From: Macrostomum lignano
Taxonomy: Eukaryota
Direction: 5' to 3'
Assembly (NCBI GenBank): GCA_002269645.1
Contig: NIVC01000092.1
Location: forward strand, 1 to 64,000
Length of the DNA stretch: 64,000 nt
How positions within the stretch are numbered: the stretch's first letter is position 1; each line of letters opens with the position of its first letter. The translations under genes and the position numbers were made by a program. Shown piece by piece: positions 38,154 through 51,059 of this stretch. Below the pieces are notes generated by a model. It did not search any database. It saw only the letters and a program-made list of their open reading frames with translations, and was not told where the DNA came from.

Positions 38154-40813
38154 TCAGGAGATTAAACACTTTTTGCCGCCACCTGACGAATCCATTTTGT
38201 CCTTCGTTGTTGCCGAATTGCAGCCTGCCTGGTCTGCTGTCGGGTTCTCGGTGAATGTGCGAATCGCTGTGGTGAATACGGTCTCCAGGGAGTCCTTGAA
38301 TGCCAAGGGTTGGGTTGGGGAGTGCCAAGAGAGCATGTCGCTAAGGGAGAGCGTGGCACCAAATGAAAGACATGGCGCTAAATGAGACAGCATGGCGCTA
38401 AATTAGACAGCATGGCGCTAGAGAAGAGACATAAAATGAGTCATAGAAGGGGAACAAGGTGAAATCTCACTCCCATTTACCTTATCCATGCTTGAGCACT
38501 CCAGGTACTGATAAGCTCGAATCTTCTTAGCCAACTTGGCTCCCATCTTGCTGCTAATCTCTGTTTCGCTGATTCGCTTGGCAGAATTTCGGCTACCGAC
38601 CTCTTCGTCAACTACCGCCGACAGCCTCGCGCTGGCGTCCTGTGGCTGCTTTCGCAGGTCGGTCTTTGTTCCAACTAAGAGCAGAGCAGCGTCCGGGCAC
38701 GTGCGCGCCATGAACGGCAGCCAGTGCGACTCCACGCTGTTGTAGGACTCCTTGTCCACCACGGAGAAGCAGACTAGCAGGCAGTCGGCGCCGGCGCAGT
38801 CGTAGGCGCGCAGCTCTTCGGCTTCTGGCGCCCCGCGCGTGTCCTTGATTGTCAGGGTGATGCAGGTGCCGCTGTCCCCGCTGGGAACGATGAACGGTCT
38901 GTCAAGGAGCGGCGGAGGTACGTGTTATGAATTTCTCGAGTTGGATCATCAGGCAGGGCCTCCGCCAGCCTCCCAGATCCTCCTTGTTGGGCCACACCCT
39001 CACAGATCTTCTTTGCCGGTATTATACTACTGATCTCCAGGTCTTCCACTCTCCCCCGGAGATTGGGAAGTGCTTTGGAAACTTTTCTCAGAGATCCGAA
39101 AAAGGAATTCCTGAGATTCTTTTGCGATCTGAACTCGGCGCGTGATCTCCTGGGGGTGGGGTGGGAGGTTCTAAGCTGCGCTGCTCTCTCCGGCCCGCTT
39201 CCAGTATTCTAAGTGAAACCGATATATTTATTTCGGAAACAGATTCGCTGTAGTAAATCGGGCTACTGATCTCCTGGAGTAATTTCTGATGAGCTGTACA
39301 AAAGGTGCAGGATGGTGAAAAGACCAGTTTTCTACGTTCAATGATAAATTCTTGGGAGCACGAGAAAAAACGCACCCAAGAAAAAAAATTCTTAATAGTC
39401 GTAAAACTCCAACTATTTTCTGCATGATTTGGCCAGTTTCTAGTTTTAGTAGTCCCTGGGTTGTCACTGCAGTAAATTCAAATAAACTTAAAGATCTCTG
39501 AATTTTTTAAAATCAGTTGGCAAGAAGAGGCTCGCTTGTTGACTACTTCGCGATCCTTGAGCACGATGAAATGACAGTGCGATTGTCGTCAGCTTTAAAT
39601 TAGCTGACGCTGCTGTCCATTGCGGAGTTAACACGTATGCAAAATCTTGCGTCAGAGATTAACCCCACATGGCACTTTGGGCAGGTCCTATTCTCGTAAG
39701 GGATCATAGGTCTCGCAGTCCTCATTGTTTCGTACGCTAGTTAATGCTTTGATAATCTAAACTGTGACGGGTGCACTTTAATTCTGGATTGAATATGAAC
39801 GTACGTACCCTATTGGCTTGCTTGCACAATGTTACAATGCACATTGCATTGTAAACTACAGCTACATAGTGTACTCAGTAATCCTGAAAGAGCTCATACG
39901 ATCGGTAGTCGTAGAGGGGGATCGATAACCAGCGGAGATTGCAAGGCAAAACATTTCTGGGGCTCTGGGTTTTGGTTTTTTTTCTTTGCGAGATCGGGAA
40001 GCCTCAGTTGCTGGGCCACCACCGCCCTTCCAGATCCAACTTAAAACTATATCCTTACTTGGTTAACAAAGGCAATACAATACGTATTTGAAATCTTCTT
40101 ACCTGAAGATCAGTTTTGTGATTTTGTGATTACATCGAAATAACAAAATCAGTATTAGAATAGCAATCTAGTACCCCCCTTTAGGGCGGCCAATAAGCAA
40201 GGGAGAAAAAATATTTATGTGAATCCCTTAAAATGCATGTAGAAGCACATTTTTAAAAGCATTCATTCTTCAGATTTATAAGTCACCTTACCTTATTCGA
40301 GTAAAATTTTCAGGAATGAAGCTTTGGGGAGCCAAGAATGAATGGAACAAATATTCTTGAATAAACTACTCGTACATGTAGCTTTTGACTTCTTAGCCTT
40401 GACAACTCAGCAATTAACCCAAGCCTTGACATCTCAGCAATCCCCCCGTAAGCCTTGACATCTCAGCAATCCCCCCGTAAGCCTTGACATCTCAGCGATC
40501 CCCGCGTAAGCCTTGACATCTCAGCAATTCCCCCTGTAAGCCTTGACATCTCAGCAATTCTCCCAATCGGATGCTCAAGCCTTGGGACGCACCTGTTAGG
40601 CACATAGATGCCCGGAATGAAGCCTCTGTTCGGCTGCCAGCCTTCCACGCAGTAGGCCATCAGCATGGACGTCTTGCCAACGCCCGCGTCGCCCACAGCG
40701 CAGCATTTGAAGTTCATAAAAGACGACGAGGTGCGGCTGTTCCCCGTAGACGTCGACGAAGCCTCCAGATTGGCGCCGCCGCCGCCGCCGCCGCCGCCAC
40801 TGTAGCGAAGCAT
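38154..40813 (-). CDS. Atypical Rho-family small GTPase (exons 40813-40593, [possible 40321-40292], 38898-38481, 38294-38154)
   Basis: KCCAVGDAGVGKTSML, YVP, KDTRGA, DCLLVCFSV, LVGTKTDLR, KKIRAYQYLECSS, LETVFTTAIR, and a C-terminal CAAX KKCLIS*. Canonical splice sites with consistent phases (2, 0). Confidence 0.88.
40420..40580. repeat. ~29-bp intronic minisatellite in Rho intron 1
   Basis: AAGCCTTGACATCTCAGCAATCCCCCCGT, about 5-6 copies. Confidence 0.9.
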
Positions 40814-41432
40814 CTCAATGAAATCTTACACGAGGCTTACGAAGCGCAAGAATTTGTTGTTTTTTGGTCTCGTTCTCAGTTTCCTGTTGCGTTTCGCTTG
40901 CGAAATTTAGATGGACTGGAGTGAGGCGGAGCCGCACCTGCCCCGGTGCAGTGGTTTGTTAAAACTGTTTAGGCTGTGAAGTATTTTCTATTTTCAAATG
41001 CGCCTTTAAACGAAGAATCTCATTGATGTATTGTGCATTTTCCTTCTCTTTTCTCTCTTTCCAAGCCTACGAGTTTCGTGCCTGCCTTTCTATTTGCATC
41101 TAATCTCGATAGTCTGTCTTCCTCTCTCTGCCCCTGCGCCTGTCTCTACGGGTGACAAAAACACGTTGAGCAAATCCAAATTGACTCATGCGTGTGCTGT
41201 AGCTATTTATGGCACTGGATTGACTGCACCGCTTCACAGAACGTATTTGATAGGGCCTGCTTTTGGCAGTGAACAAACTTTTAACAAAAATATTTTCCAA
41301 TTGCTCACTCAGTTCGACGAGATAAGATTGGAAGAACTAGAACTGACTGTATGTAAGGCTGTTTGGCTAAGTTTTCACTATTGGTCAACTCTTAAGACTT
41401 TTCTGGTGTTCCAGTCAGACTACTGCGACACA

Positions 41433-43146
41433 ATGGCATTCCAATATGACAGCAGTAGCAGAGGCGGCCTGTTGACCTACTTGGCGTGGACCTCTGCATC
41501 GTCCATTGGCATCTACTGGCTGTTAGCAATATTGTTCGGCATAGCGGACTTGTTCCAGGTGCCCAGGTGGTTGGCTCAGTTCAAAGTTCAACCTGGCCAG
41601 AATGCCCCAGTAAGCAAGCCTCTGAGTACGCTATTCTCTCATTGCCAATTTGCCTTTTTCACAGCGCTGGCTGGGCGGGCCAGTTCTGACCTGTGTGGCC
41701 ACTTCAAGAGTTTTGCAAACGGCGGCTGGGTGGGGGGGGGGAAGGGCTGCTGCATTTGTGTCACAATGTCCCGCGCCGAGCGCTTCTAACACGAAAGGGC
41801 CACGGAAAGCGTGTGTACAGGGACTACTTTCAGATTTAGTAGTATTCAGTTGGTGCGCCTGCAGCACCTGCTGTGGTGAATCTGGGATGACCTACTGAGT
41901 TCTATAATATGTCCTAAAGCAAATTGCAACGCAAATGCACCCTTCAGACCACCCAGCAGCTGGGCGAATGCACCTCACCAATGCAAATGCCAACCTAACA
42001 GCTTCCTCCATGCAGACACCGCCGTCTAGCTGAATAACTTTACCGATTGTCACATTTATCGATTTCTTGTACTTGTACTACGAGTAGGACGTTAAACTCA
42101 AAGATTCTGTTATATTTCTTTGAGTTTGATATTTTTGGAGCCGAATTTCTTGGGAAAAAGATACAGTTGGTATGTTAAAGTTAAGTGAGAAGCCTCTAAG
42201 TTGAATGCTGTGTATGTATGTGCGAACTATTATGATTTAAAAAATTGAAACAAAACTGTGCCTACAATAATGGCTTAAGTGTACCTGCATGCAACATTTC
42301 TATTACAAATATACCTATTTCAAGAAGGAATTAAAAAATTAAGCTAATGCCACTTGTGAGTAGCTGCATCTTTCATGTGAAACTGAAACTTTCACTGCAC
42401 AACTATATAAAGTATAACAAATTAACATGTTGATTTTTTCGAAGAAATCAGCCTTTAAAAATTGCACGATCGTTGAGTTTTACGAGCGTACGTCCTGCTA
42501 TATGCTACAGAGGTCCTTGGTGACCACACAACAAGCTGTTGTTTCTCTATTTCAGGTAGACAAGAGTCGCCTACTAAAAGCAATGTCCTACGCCCTTGGC
42601 AACCAGCTGTTCCTGGGCCTGCCCGTCTCCGCCCTGCTGTACCAGCTGAAGCCGCTATCCACTGTGCAGCTGTTCGCGGCGCCCAGCTTGATTCGGCTGC
42701 CCCTTGAGCTGGCCGGCTGCTCGGCAATCACCGAAGTTCTGTTCTACTATTGCCACCGCTGGCTCCACTCGCCCAGCCTGTACAAGCGGGTGCACAAGCT
42801 GCACCACGAGTGGCAGGCGCCCGTAGCCGCCGTTGCCATGTACGCCCACCCTGTCGAGTTTCTGTTATCGAACCTGCTGCCCGTTATGGCCGGTCCTCTG
42901 CTGCTCAACTGTTGCCTAGCAACCGAATGCGTCTGGCTTTCCATCAGCGTAGCCACCACTGTGATCCACCATTCCGGCTATCGGCTGCCGCTGCTGCCGT
43001 CGCCAGACTTTCACGACTATCATCATCTGAAGTTTGTCGGCAACTACGGCGTGCTGGGCGTGCTGGACCGCCTGCACGGCACCGACTCCGCGTTCAGGGC
43101 TTATTTGGCGAAAGGGCGGGTTGATACTCAGTCTGCGGGCCCCTAG
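41433..43146 (+). CDS. FAXDC2: Fatty acid hydroxylase domain-containing protein 2 (sterol desaturase family); exons 41433-41609 and 42556-43146, possibly a further 5' exon
   Basis: KVQPGQNAP|VD junction. His boxes [56 protein letters not shown] match FAXDC2. Confidence 0.9.
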
Positions 43147-43990
43147 TTACGGCCTCTCGGGTTCTATTTTGAGATTCGATCCCCATCGCAGATTGGTCTC
43201 CTGTCAAAATTTGGTTGATATTTTATTAATAGGGAATTTTTCTGGGTGTGATTTCCTCTAAATAATGATTAATATCGTCTCACAACCAGCACTGGTGGCA
43301 ATTCTGCTCATTCCGCCGACCCCCGAGCACACACAAGCACTCCAATACTGTACTCAGACATGCACTCATACACACGCTCACACAGGGTGAAGAGCGGCCT
43401 GACTTTCTAATCGTCAGGCCCTCATGGTTGCGAATCTTACAAAAACCCCTTTAAGCCATCGAAGCAGGGGTTGTCAGAGTCAGATGCGTTTAACCCCCGG
43501 CCCCAGGTATTCTCCTTTTCACCTATTTGTCTCTCTGTTTTAGATTCAAGGTTTATTTTGGTTTCCATCTGACATCTGCGTCCAGAATTCAGTTGAAAAT
43601 ACTTGTAATTTCTATAATTTCTATATTAATACAAAAGTACGAATAACTTTAGCCAATGCCAATATAACTGATGGTTTTGAGACGCAAAGAATACTTGTAA
43701 TTGCAACGGTATACAGTATCATCCAGAAAACAAAACAGACTTGATAATAATTTCATGCGAAATCTTTCACTTTGTATATCACCGAACGAATTTTCGATAA
43801 AAATCAAATAGCTACTGCTTAAATCTGTTCGCTAAACTTTGCTTCGTTTAAAAATTTGTCAAGAAATTTGTTAACCAGCTTCCGGTCCCGTTGGTTTGCG
43901 TCAGAAATTCACTACATTTAGTAGGGCCTCGATTGAAGATGCTTAACTATTACGAATTAACCTTATAAAGCGTTCCATTCGTTTTATCTA

Positions 43991-46354
43991 ATGATCAAAA
44001 TGGTGCTGTCAAAGATGGCGCTGCCTCACTTATTGTTGCTCTTTGCCTTGCTCGGTACGACTGGCGTCTCAGCCGATTTGGCGAAAAATTTCACCACGAC
44101 TGCCCTCGCCGATGACACCCAGCCAACCGCCTGCCAGACGCCTGCGTGCCTGGCCTTGGCCGCCCAACTCACCCGCCACATGAACTTGTCTGCCGATCCC
44201 TGCGAAGACTTCAACGCCTTCGCCTGCGGCAACTACGCCACTAGCAGCCTGTACGACCCCGGCACCGTGACCTGGTCTGAGTACACCGACGAGCCCAGCG
44301 CCATGCACTCCGGGGTCGAGTCAATCCGCAGCCAGATGGACAGGCGCGTGTTTGAGCTGCTGTACGCTCGCCAACGAGTGAAAAGCTCCGACCCGGACGT
44401 GAATCTGATGTACGATTTGGCCAGGGACCTGTTCAGCAGCTGCAGCATCTGGGTCAGGCGGCGCGGCAAACTCTTTAAAGATCCCAACAGCGGTCTCGAA
44501 GCGTCGAAGGACTTCTTCGACGGCCTGTTGGCTCACCTTTTCGACGATATCAATCGCCGAGAGAGCAATGCCTCGTTTGAAACAGCGCTGGCCAAAATGG
44601 TTCGGCTGGGTGTGTGGCAGCTGATCGAGGTGGGTTCCGCGTTCAGCTCACCCTATTTCAACCCCGGTGGTTCGAGCAGAGCCACTGAGCGCAACGGCAG
44701 CAAAGTTCGTCTAACCGTAAACTTGTACCGCTACTCAGAGGATGTCAGCTTCAATGACTACTTAAAATTCTTCTTGACAGTGCCATCGGCATCTGTGCTG
44801 AGTTTTCAGAGTGCTCAGATATTTTCGAGCATTTTGGACGAGCTGAAGGCCAATTTTACTCTCGACGAGGACGTGCCGGAAGAGGAAATCAAGCACAGAT
44901 GGGCCAATTGCAGTGTCGCTGAGGAAATTCTGGAAAATGGTGGCATGGATGTGACTGTAAGCCATTTGGACGGCTTAAGCAAGTGCGCTTCTCCCAAAGA
45001 TCCCTTCTCGTGGTCGTCATTTTTTTACGGCGTCCTTGACGGTAGTGTCTCTCCCGAGACGCCAATCCAAATCAGAGCTGGTCGGATGAGCGTCCTCGCC
45101 TACGCTGGCAACGTCATTGACACGGTGACTTACTTCAAGACGCGAACATTCATAGTTGATAGTCAATATTCTCCGCATTTTTCGTTTCTGGTACTGAACT
45201 GGTTGCTTAGCTTTGCTAAGTATTTACCGGCTGACTTGCGAGTCAAGTGGTTGAGTCAGCACAGAGCATCCTCTGATGTGATGGAACTAAATGAAGACCC
45301 CATTAGCTCGTGCATGCAGCTGACAAAGGTTATGCTCGGACCGGTGGTCGAGCGGATGTATCAGCAGGCCTACCATTCTGAGTATTTCGACGACGTACGC
45401 AGTCTTGTTGAATTGGTTCAGAACGCCACTATCGAAAATGTACTCAAGCAGGAATGGATCACACAGAACGCGAAGGACTCAATTGTTGACAAGGTGCTGG
45501 CGATGCGTCAGGAGATTGGATTCAATGCGGTACCAGCTGATCAACTAAAGGAATTTTACGCGTCAACCATTCGATCGCTTCGGGTGAGCAACAATTCCAA
45601 AACCTTCGGTGCCACAGTTGCGCTATCGCTGTGCGCCCACGCTGGGAGGCTCAATAATCTGCTGTCCCGCGGTGGTGACAATTCGGCAAGCTTCTTTCGC
45701 TTGTTCAGCGGTCTCATAGTCAATGCTTTCAGCCGAACTACCAGCAACCAGATCATCTTCCCGATGGGTATTCTGGCTCCGTTTCTCTATCACCGCAGCT
45801 ATCCTGACCACTTCAACCTGGGCGGCATTGGCGTAGTGATCGGCCACGAGATCGGGCACGGCTTTGACAAGCTCGGCCACAGGCTGAATAAGCAGGGCGC
45901 GCGTGGCCACTTCTGGGACAATGTCACGGAAGCTGGTTACGTTGAGCGAATGCGCTGCGTTTCTGAACGCTACAGCGGCTACGAATTCCTGCCGGGCATA
46001 CCGCACAACTCGAAGCTAACTCTCAGCAACGACATCTCTGACCTGATGGGCATTCAGTCTGCGTTTGCCGCCATGCAGATGCGGAGGCGCTTGAACGGCG
46101 ACCGGACCTCGCTGCGGCTTCCGAACCTGCCAGTCAGCCTCACTCCGGATCGGTTGTTCTTCGTCCAAGCTGCTCAGGCCTACTGCACCAAGGCCGAGCC
46201 AGAGGTGCTCCTCCGGAAGTTCAGGACCTCTAGGCACAGTCCACCGCACATCCGGATCCGAGGCATGATGGAGAACAGCCTCGACTTTGCCAGAGTCTTC
46301 CAGTGCCGACCGAACCAGCCAATGAATCCAAGCAAGAAGTGCGTATTCTGGTAG
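43991..46354 (+). CDS. M13 (neprilysin/ECE-like) metallopeptidase homologue, single exon, secreted
   Basis: Signal peptide, SADPCEDFNAFACG, VNAF...NQIIFPMGIL, NLGGIGVVIGHEIGHGFD, LFFVQAAQAYC, HSPPHIR, FQC...MNPSKKCVFW. Confidence 0.93.
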   Translation: MIKMVLSKMALPHLLLLFALLGTTGVSADLAKNFTTTALADDTQPTACQTPACLALAAQLTRHMNLSADPCEDFNAFACGNYATSSLYDPGTVTWSEYTDEPSAMHSGVESIRSQMDRRVFELLYARQRVKSSDPDVNLMYDLARDLFSSCSIWVRRRGKLFKDPNSGLEASKDFFDGLLAHLFDDINRRESNASFETALAKMVRLGVWQLIEVGSAFSSPYFNPGGSSRATERNGSKVRLTVNLYRYSEDVSFNDYLKFFLTVPSASVLSFQSAQIFSSILDELKANFTLDEDVPEEEIKHRWANCSVAEEILENGGMDVTVSHLDGLSKCASPKDPFSWSSFFYGVLDGSVSPETPIQIRAGRMSVLAYAGNVIDTVTYFKTRTFIVDSQYSPHFSFLVLNWLLSFAKYLPADLRVKWLSQHRASSDVMELNEDPISSCMQLTKVMLGPVVERMYQQAYHSEYFDDVRSLVELVQNATIENVLKQEWITQNAKDSIVDKVLAMRQEIGFNAVPADQLKEFYASTIRSLRVSNNSKTFGATVALSLCAHAGRLNNLLSRGGDNSASFFRLFSGLIVNAFSRTTSNQIIFPMGILAPFLYHRSYPDHFNLGGIGVVIGHEIGHGFDKLGHRLNKQGARGHFWDNVTEAGYVERMRCVSERYSGYEFLPGIPHNSKLTLSNDISDLMGIQSAFAAMQMRRRLNGDRTSLRLPNLPVSLTPDRLFFVQAAQAYCTKAEPEVLLRKFRTSRHSPPHIRIRGMMENSLDFARVFQCRPNQPMNPSKKCVFW

Positions 46355-47338
46355 CGACCGTCTTCTCACGGAAACATGTTTATAATTTTTTCGGTTTAAC
46401 TGCTACAGCAAAAATCAATAGTGCGTCTTTTAATTATATGACGTTATTTACACGTAGCTCTAGGCTATGATCGGACTTTCAGTAACGGCTGCAAAGAAAT
46501 CCATTTAATCAGAGATAACGCCTGTGAAAACGCAAGCAAAATATTTGTCAAGATCTCATATTATAGGTAGAAAAGTTGCAGGGCAAAGTTGGCATTGCCA
46601 TATGTATGGAACGTCAAGCATACGAAACTCAGAAACCAGCTCTTACAGTTCTTATCAATATTTTTGCAAGGATCTAGCGTTGCAAATATTTTGTCTAAAA
46701 TACGAAATCTAAACCAATACCAATAAAATAAAATACATTGGTATAGCTACTGACGCAAAAACTGCTGAATCCAGTGTCCTTGAAGACTTGGTTTGTGTTT
46801 ATATGCATTAAATTTAGCTAATTTTATTACCACAGCGTGGAATAATGGAATATTGATAGCAAAAACAAAGTGACGAGCGTAAGCTGTCATTTCTTTTAGA
46901 ATTAAAAATCCGTCCAACACATCGAAAACAAATATGATTTCATTTTACGAGCGTAGTACGAGTATAATGTCAACGTTTTATTCGATTAAAATTTCACCCC
47001 AAAACACGTAATTTAACTGAAATCGTTTAGAAAACACTTTAAGTAGACAACAGACAATTTTTTGAGATTTTTAATTTGAAATTTACAGATTTATTAAAAA
47101 TCTTTGTCGAACAATTGACCGTTCATATCGGAGAGAAAAGTCTTCTGTTTTTTCTTCGTTTGTACCGATTAAAATAAAACCGAGTTAGAAACTGATTAAG
47201 GAGATTAACTTCAAAGAAAATTATTCAAAATTAAAAGCAACACCAATTTAAAAATTTAAAAAACAAGTTCAAAAAAACGATGGCTAATTCGTGCTCTTTA
47301 AAGTGAGTGGCAGCTAGATGAAGGTCTCAAATTTTTTA

Positions 47339-48653
47339 CTACTTGTTAAATCCGGAATTTGTCTGCCCACCACTGCCGCTAGCCGTCACTGCAGCATCGT
47401 AGCTCGGAGGCGCGGCAGTGTACTGCGGGTACTGCGAATACTGCGGGGCCTGTGGGTACTGCGGCTGCGTGGGGTACGGCTGAGACCCCGCTGGGTACTG
47501 CGGCGCTGTGGGGTAGCTGCCGGCAGGCGGCGGGACCGTCACTTGACCGGCGCTGACCACGACGGAACTGGCGCCCTGGGCCCGTCGGCGCGCCCGACTG
47601 CGCATGCCGGAGTAAATGCCGACCACGATGAGGCCGAACAAGAACAGGCCGCCGCCGACTAACGCGTAGACCCAAATGTTACTGCTGGTTGAATAGTAAG
47701 GATTGTAGGTGTTTGGCACGGTGTAAAACGTACTCGTGCCGCCAGGAGGTGCGGAGCAGGCGAATTTGTTTCGATCGCTGCAGTCATCCATAAAAATTGC
47801 GTAATACGAGCTTTTGTCATTGAAAGTCCCACAGCGTTCGTACGAATAGCAGCTGGACGAAGAGCCACCTGAGTAGCAGCTGATTTCCGACGTCCTAAAG
47901 CACGGGTGGTTTTGGAGTCAAACGCACGAGAAATAGTATGCAAATGTAAGATAACAGAAAAAAGGGATCTAGACATTACCAGAATTGTCGCCTTCCACTC
48001 AGCCAGTAGTGCGAGAATCGAGCCGAGCGGTCGGTCAGTCCGATCCAGGTGTAGTAGCGCCTCAGGCTGGTCGGAAGCATACGCATGAACGAGCCAATGT
48101 TGCTCTGGTACGCAAGCGGAACATGTAGGAGATTCGAGCGCATGCTGTTGCAAGCTCGCTGAGCGTCAAGGTAGTTCCGGCTGCTTCCAATGCTGTCAGT
48201 ACCGAAGCAGGTGCCGCTGATGTACGTCCAGCCGGGAATGCAGCCGTTGAGGTCCATCGCTCGAACTCGGACTGTGACGCCCTCGCTGTTCGACTGGTCT
48301 CCGGTCGCATCGAAGCGGACCTTCAGCGACTTCGATGGCGTCAAGATGTTGTGCTGGTAGTCCGGGATGCTGGAGCCGCTAAACAGCACCTCATCACCGG
48401 AGCTGATGGTGAACACTGCCGAGCTGACCTTGAACGACTTGACTTCGACGAAGAATGCTCGGTTAGGCGACTCCGCATTGAACTCGCAGCTCATTCCGGA
48501 GGAGTAGCTGGCCTCGTTTTTGCGTCTCGTAGTCAGGTAGAAATCCGTCAGTGACGCGCTGACAATGGTAGGAGAGTCCGGGCTGCAGTAGAACTGCTGC
48601 TGGGCCGTGGCCGCCGCGACGAGGCAGGCCAGAAGGACCAGCAGTTTGTGCAT
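47339..48653 (-). CDS. Type I membrane CUB-like + C-type lectin receptor, copy 1 (exons 48653-47980, 47894-47339)
   Basis: Signal peptide MHKLLVLLACLVAAATA; CUB-like YSSGMSCEF..LKVRF..G; CTLD CIPGW..CF..AQRAC..WIGL..W..C..DDC..FAC; TM helix; Pro/Tyr/Gln tail with PPSY. Phase-2 GT-AG intron. Confidence 0.85.
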
Positions 48654-50369
48654 GCCGACTCTGTGTTGCATGTTTCTGTTTCCTATGGGTTTGCGTTTTG
48701 CCTCACTATCGGATTGAGTCTCATTTGCTAGCCGTTTCGACTGGCAATATATTGCTTCGAAAGACGAGTTTGCCGAGAGAGCTTTGATAAGATATGCCAA
48801 GTTATATTTAGTTTCTGGCTATGTACATCTGCGCTGACGAATGACATCGGCTGAAATTTAATGCTTGACAATTTGCTGAGCCACTTTCGATAATAATAAT
48901 CACCGCACTTGATGATAAAATCGGAGTGGATAAAAACAAAAGGTGGACGCACTTGCAGTAAATTTTTGTTGCAGAGACCAACGTGCGTTGTCTTATCACA
49001 ATCAGTTTGCGTGGATAGGGTGCTGCTTGGAAACCTGCATTGCCAAGTACCGACCTAAGCTGCATGGCCATTAGTTGAAGAAAAAGAGAAATGTCTCTGC
49101 AGCAGTTATTTTTCACTTCACCGACCTATAAGTGACAAACAGTGCTATTCTATACTACAACGATTCTGAGCCTACAGGAAAGTACGAGTAGTTTTAGTCT
49201 TCTTGCTTTCCCCTGACACAGCAAACGGATACTTACGCAGGAGGCAGTCACTCGCACTGGGTGTACGTACAATTAATGCGACCCTGACATCTGTAGACCT
49301 TAGCCACTTACACCTCAGCGTGGCCTTGGAAATAAAACGGTCTTGCGTCACGTGCGTGAATCGCTCGATGTGCTCTGTAGAGAAATGTAACAAAAACTTT
49401 CCATCTTGAGTTAAAAATGAAAGACAGTAAGAGAAGCACATGGCTCAAACCGGTAGATTTGTGTCATTAAACTAAGGGGTTGAGTGCAAAGTAAGAATTA
49501 GAAGGGGTGGAGAGTGCGACTGACGAGAGAGGCGAGATTCAAGAGCCAATCAGAAGGCAGCGAGGGAGAGAGATAAGAAAACAAGATTGAACCAGAGGGG
49601 ACAGAAAACAGAGTGCAGATGAACTAAGAAATGACTAAGAAAGTCGATCAGGACATGCCGATTCATCCAATTTCAGTCCCAATAGATTCGACTGCGCATG
49701 AAATCGAGCCCCGGGGGGGGGGACCTTGAAGTCAGACTCGGACGTTTTATAAGCTCCACAAGTCCATCAAGGACTACTAAGCCCTTCTATTCACAATATT
49801 TCGTATTCAGCTGTCCCTGTAGCCACTCATTATGCTGCGCTGTATTTGTTCAGTGACTTTAGTCAAAATTTTTAGTATATGGATTTGTGCATTCTTACAT
49901 GAATAAAAAGAAGTGTGTACAATTTAAGCAAATTTGCCCATCAATTAGGAAGACAGAAAACGCATTTCACTTACATTTCGAACACAGGTTACAGTTGTTG
50001 CAGATCTCATGAACATAGGCTTTTATAGTCTTTAATCTCAATCGAGAAAAGCTATCTGAATTTTATGCACAGCATGTTAATTGCAGTGATCCGCTAGTTT
50101 GGTGTTAGGCGTCGCACTATTGTCAGCAGCTTCCTTCGCCCTCGCCCTCGCCCTGGGTTGCTGTCTGCCGCTGGGCAGCCTCCCTCCCCTTTTGCTGCCT
50201 GTTCTCTGGCACCCCCTCTTCTCTGCGCTCTTGCTTGCTTTCTTACTTGCTTTCTCTCTCTGAGCAAGTCACCTGACAAGTCTTGTTTTCTCGAAGTCCT
50301 AAAGTGCAGTAAACATGTTTACTGCACTCGTTGGCCCGTGTTTACGGGAGGAATCACGTGCTTCGGGGC

Positions 50370-50580
50370 CTTGCCTTCTCTAAGGTAATAGGTGTTTCAT
50401 GTTTCTAAAAATAGATACTGAGTCATGCGGCCCTGTGCACTTTACCCGCAGACCCTGCCTTCTCTAAGGCAGAGAGTGACGTCAGTTCTAAAAATAGAAA
50501 AGAGTCACGAGGTCCGGCGCACACTGGTGCAGCGGGGATTTCCTGCCTATAAATACGTGCCCCTCACCCTTGGTTCAGTC
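50370..50580 (+). promoter_or_regulatory. TATA-Inr core promoter with clustered enhancer motifs
   Basis: CTAAAAATAG (MEF2) at 50405 and 50488, TGAGTCA at 50419, TGACGTCA at 50477, GGGGATTTCC at 50534, TATAAATA at 50548, and TCAGTC Inr with its A at 50577 (29 nt from TATA). Confidence 0.6.
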
Positions 50581-51059
50581 AAGGAATTTGTCTTCTTAGT
50601 CTCCTAGTTGTCGAATTAGTCTTCTTATTGTCTTCTTATTCTTCTTCTTGTTGACTTCGTCCAGTTTCCCATTGGCCTGACTAAACTTAGACGCCCAAGC
50701 CTAAGGGAGGCTAATACTGCCTTCCCAGCCATCCCCCTGAGCCCGGCGGGATCTGCTGACCAGGACGCCTTGTTCATTAATCTGCAAATCTGCACGCTGT
50801 GCTGAGTTCGTTGACTTGTTTATTTCGTTCCGACGGGAAGCTCACCTCACCGAAGGCCGAGACCTGAAGGAACTGGTGGCAGCACTAACTACGCTACTAA
50901 GAGCTAATAGAAGGCTTCCGGTTGAGAAGACGGAGAGCCCAAATCACTGTGCTAGACAGCAGGAGAAGCACAGGTACAGCATTGGTGGCTGAGGTGGGAT
51001 TCAAAGACCTACCAGGCCACCTCGAGACAACCCTAAGTACTTCATAATATACTTTTGTT

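Noticed and set aside
41031-41432. N-terminal part of the 252-aa ORF as FAXDC2 coding sequence
   Set aside because: Begins at a non-ATG codon and shows no recognisable homology before ~41415-41433; likely UTR or intron read-through.
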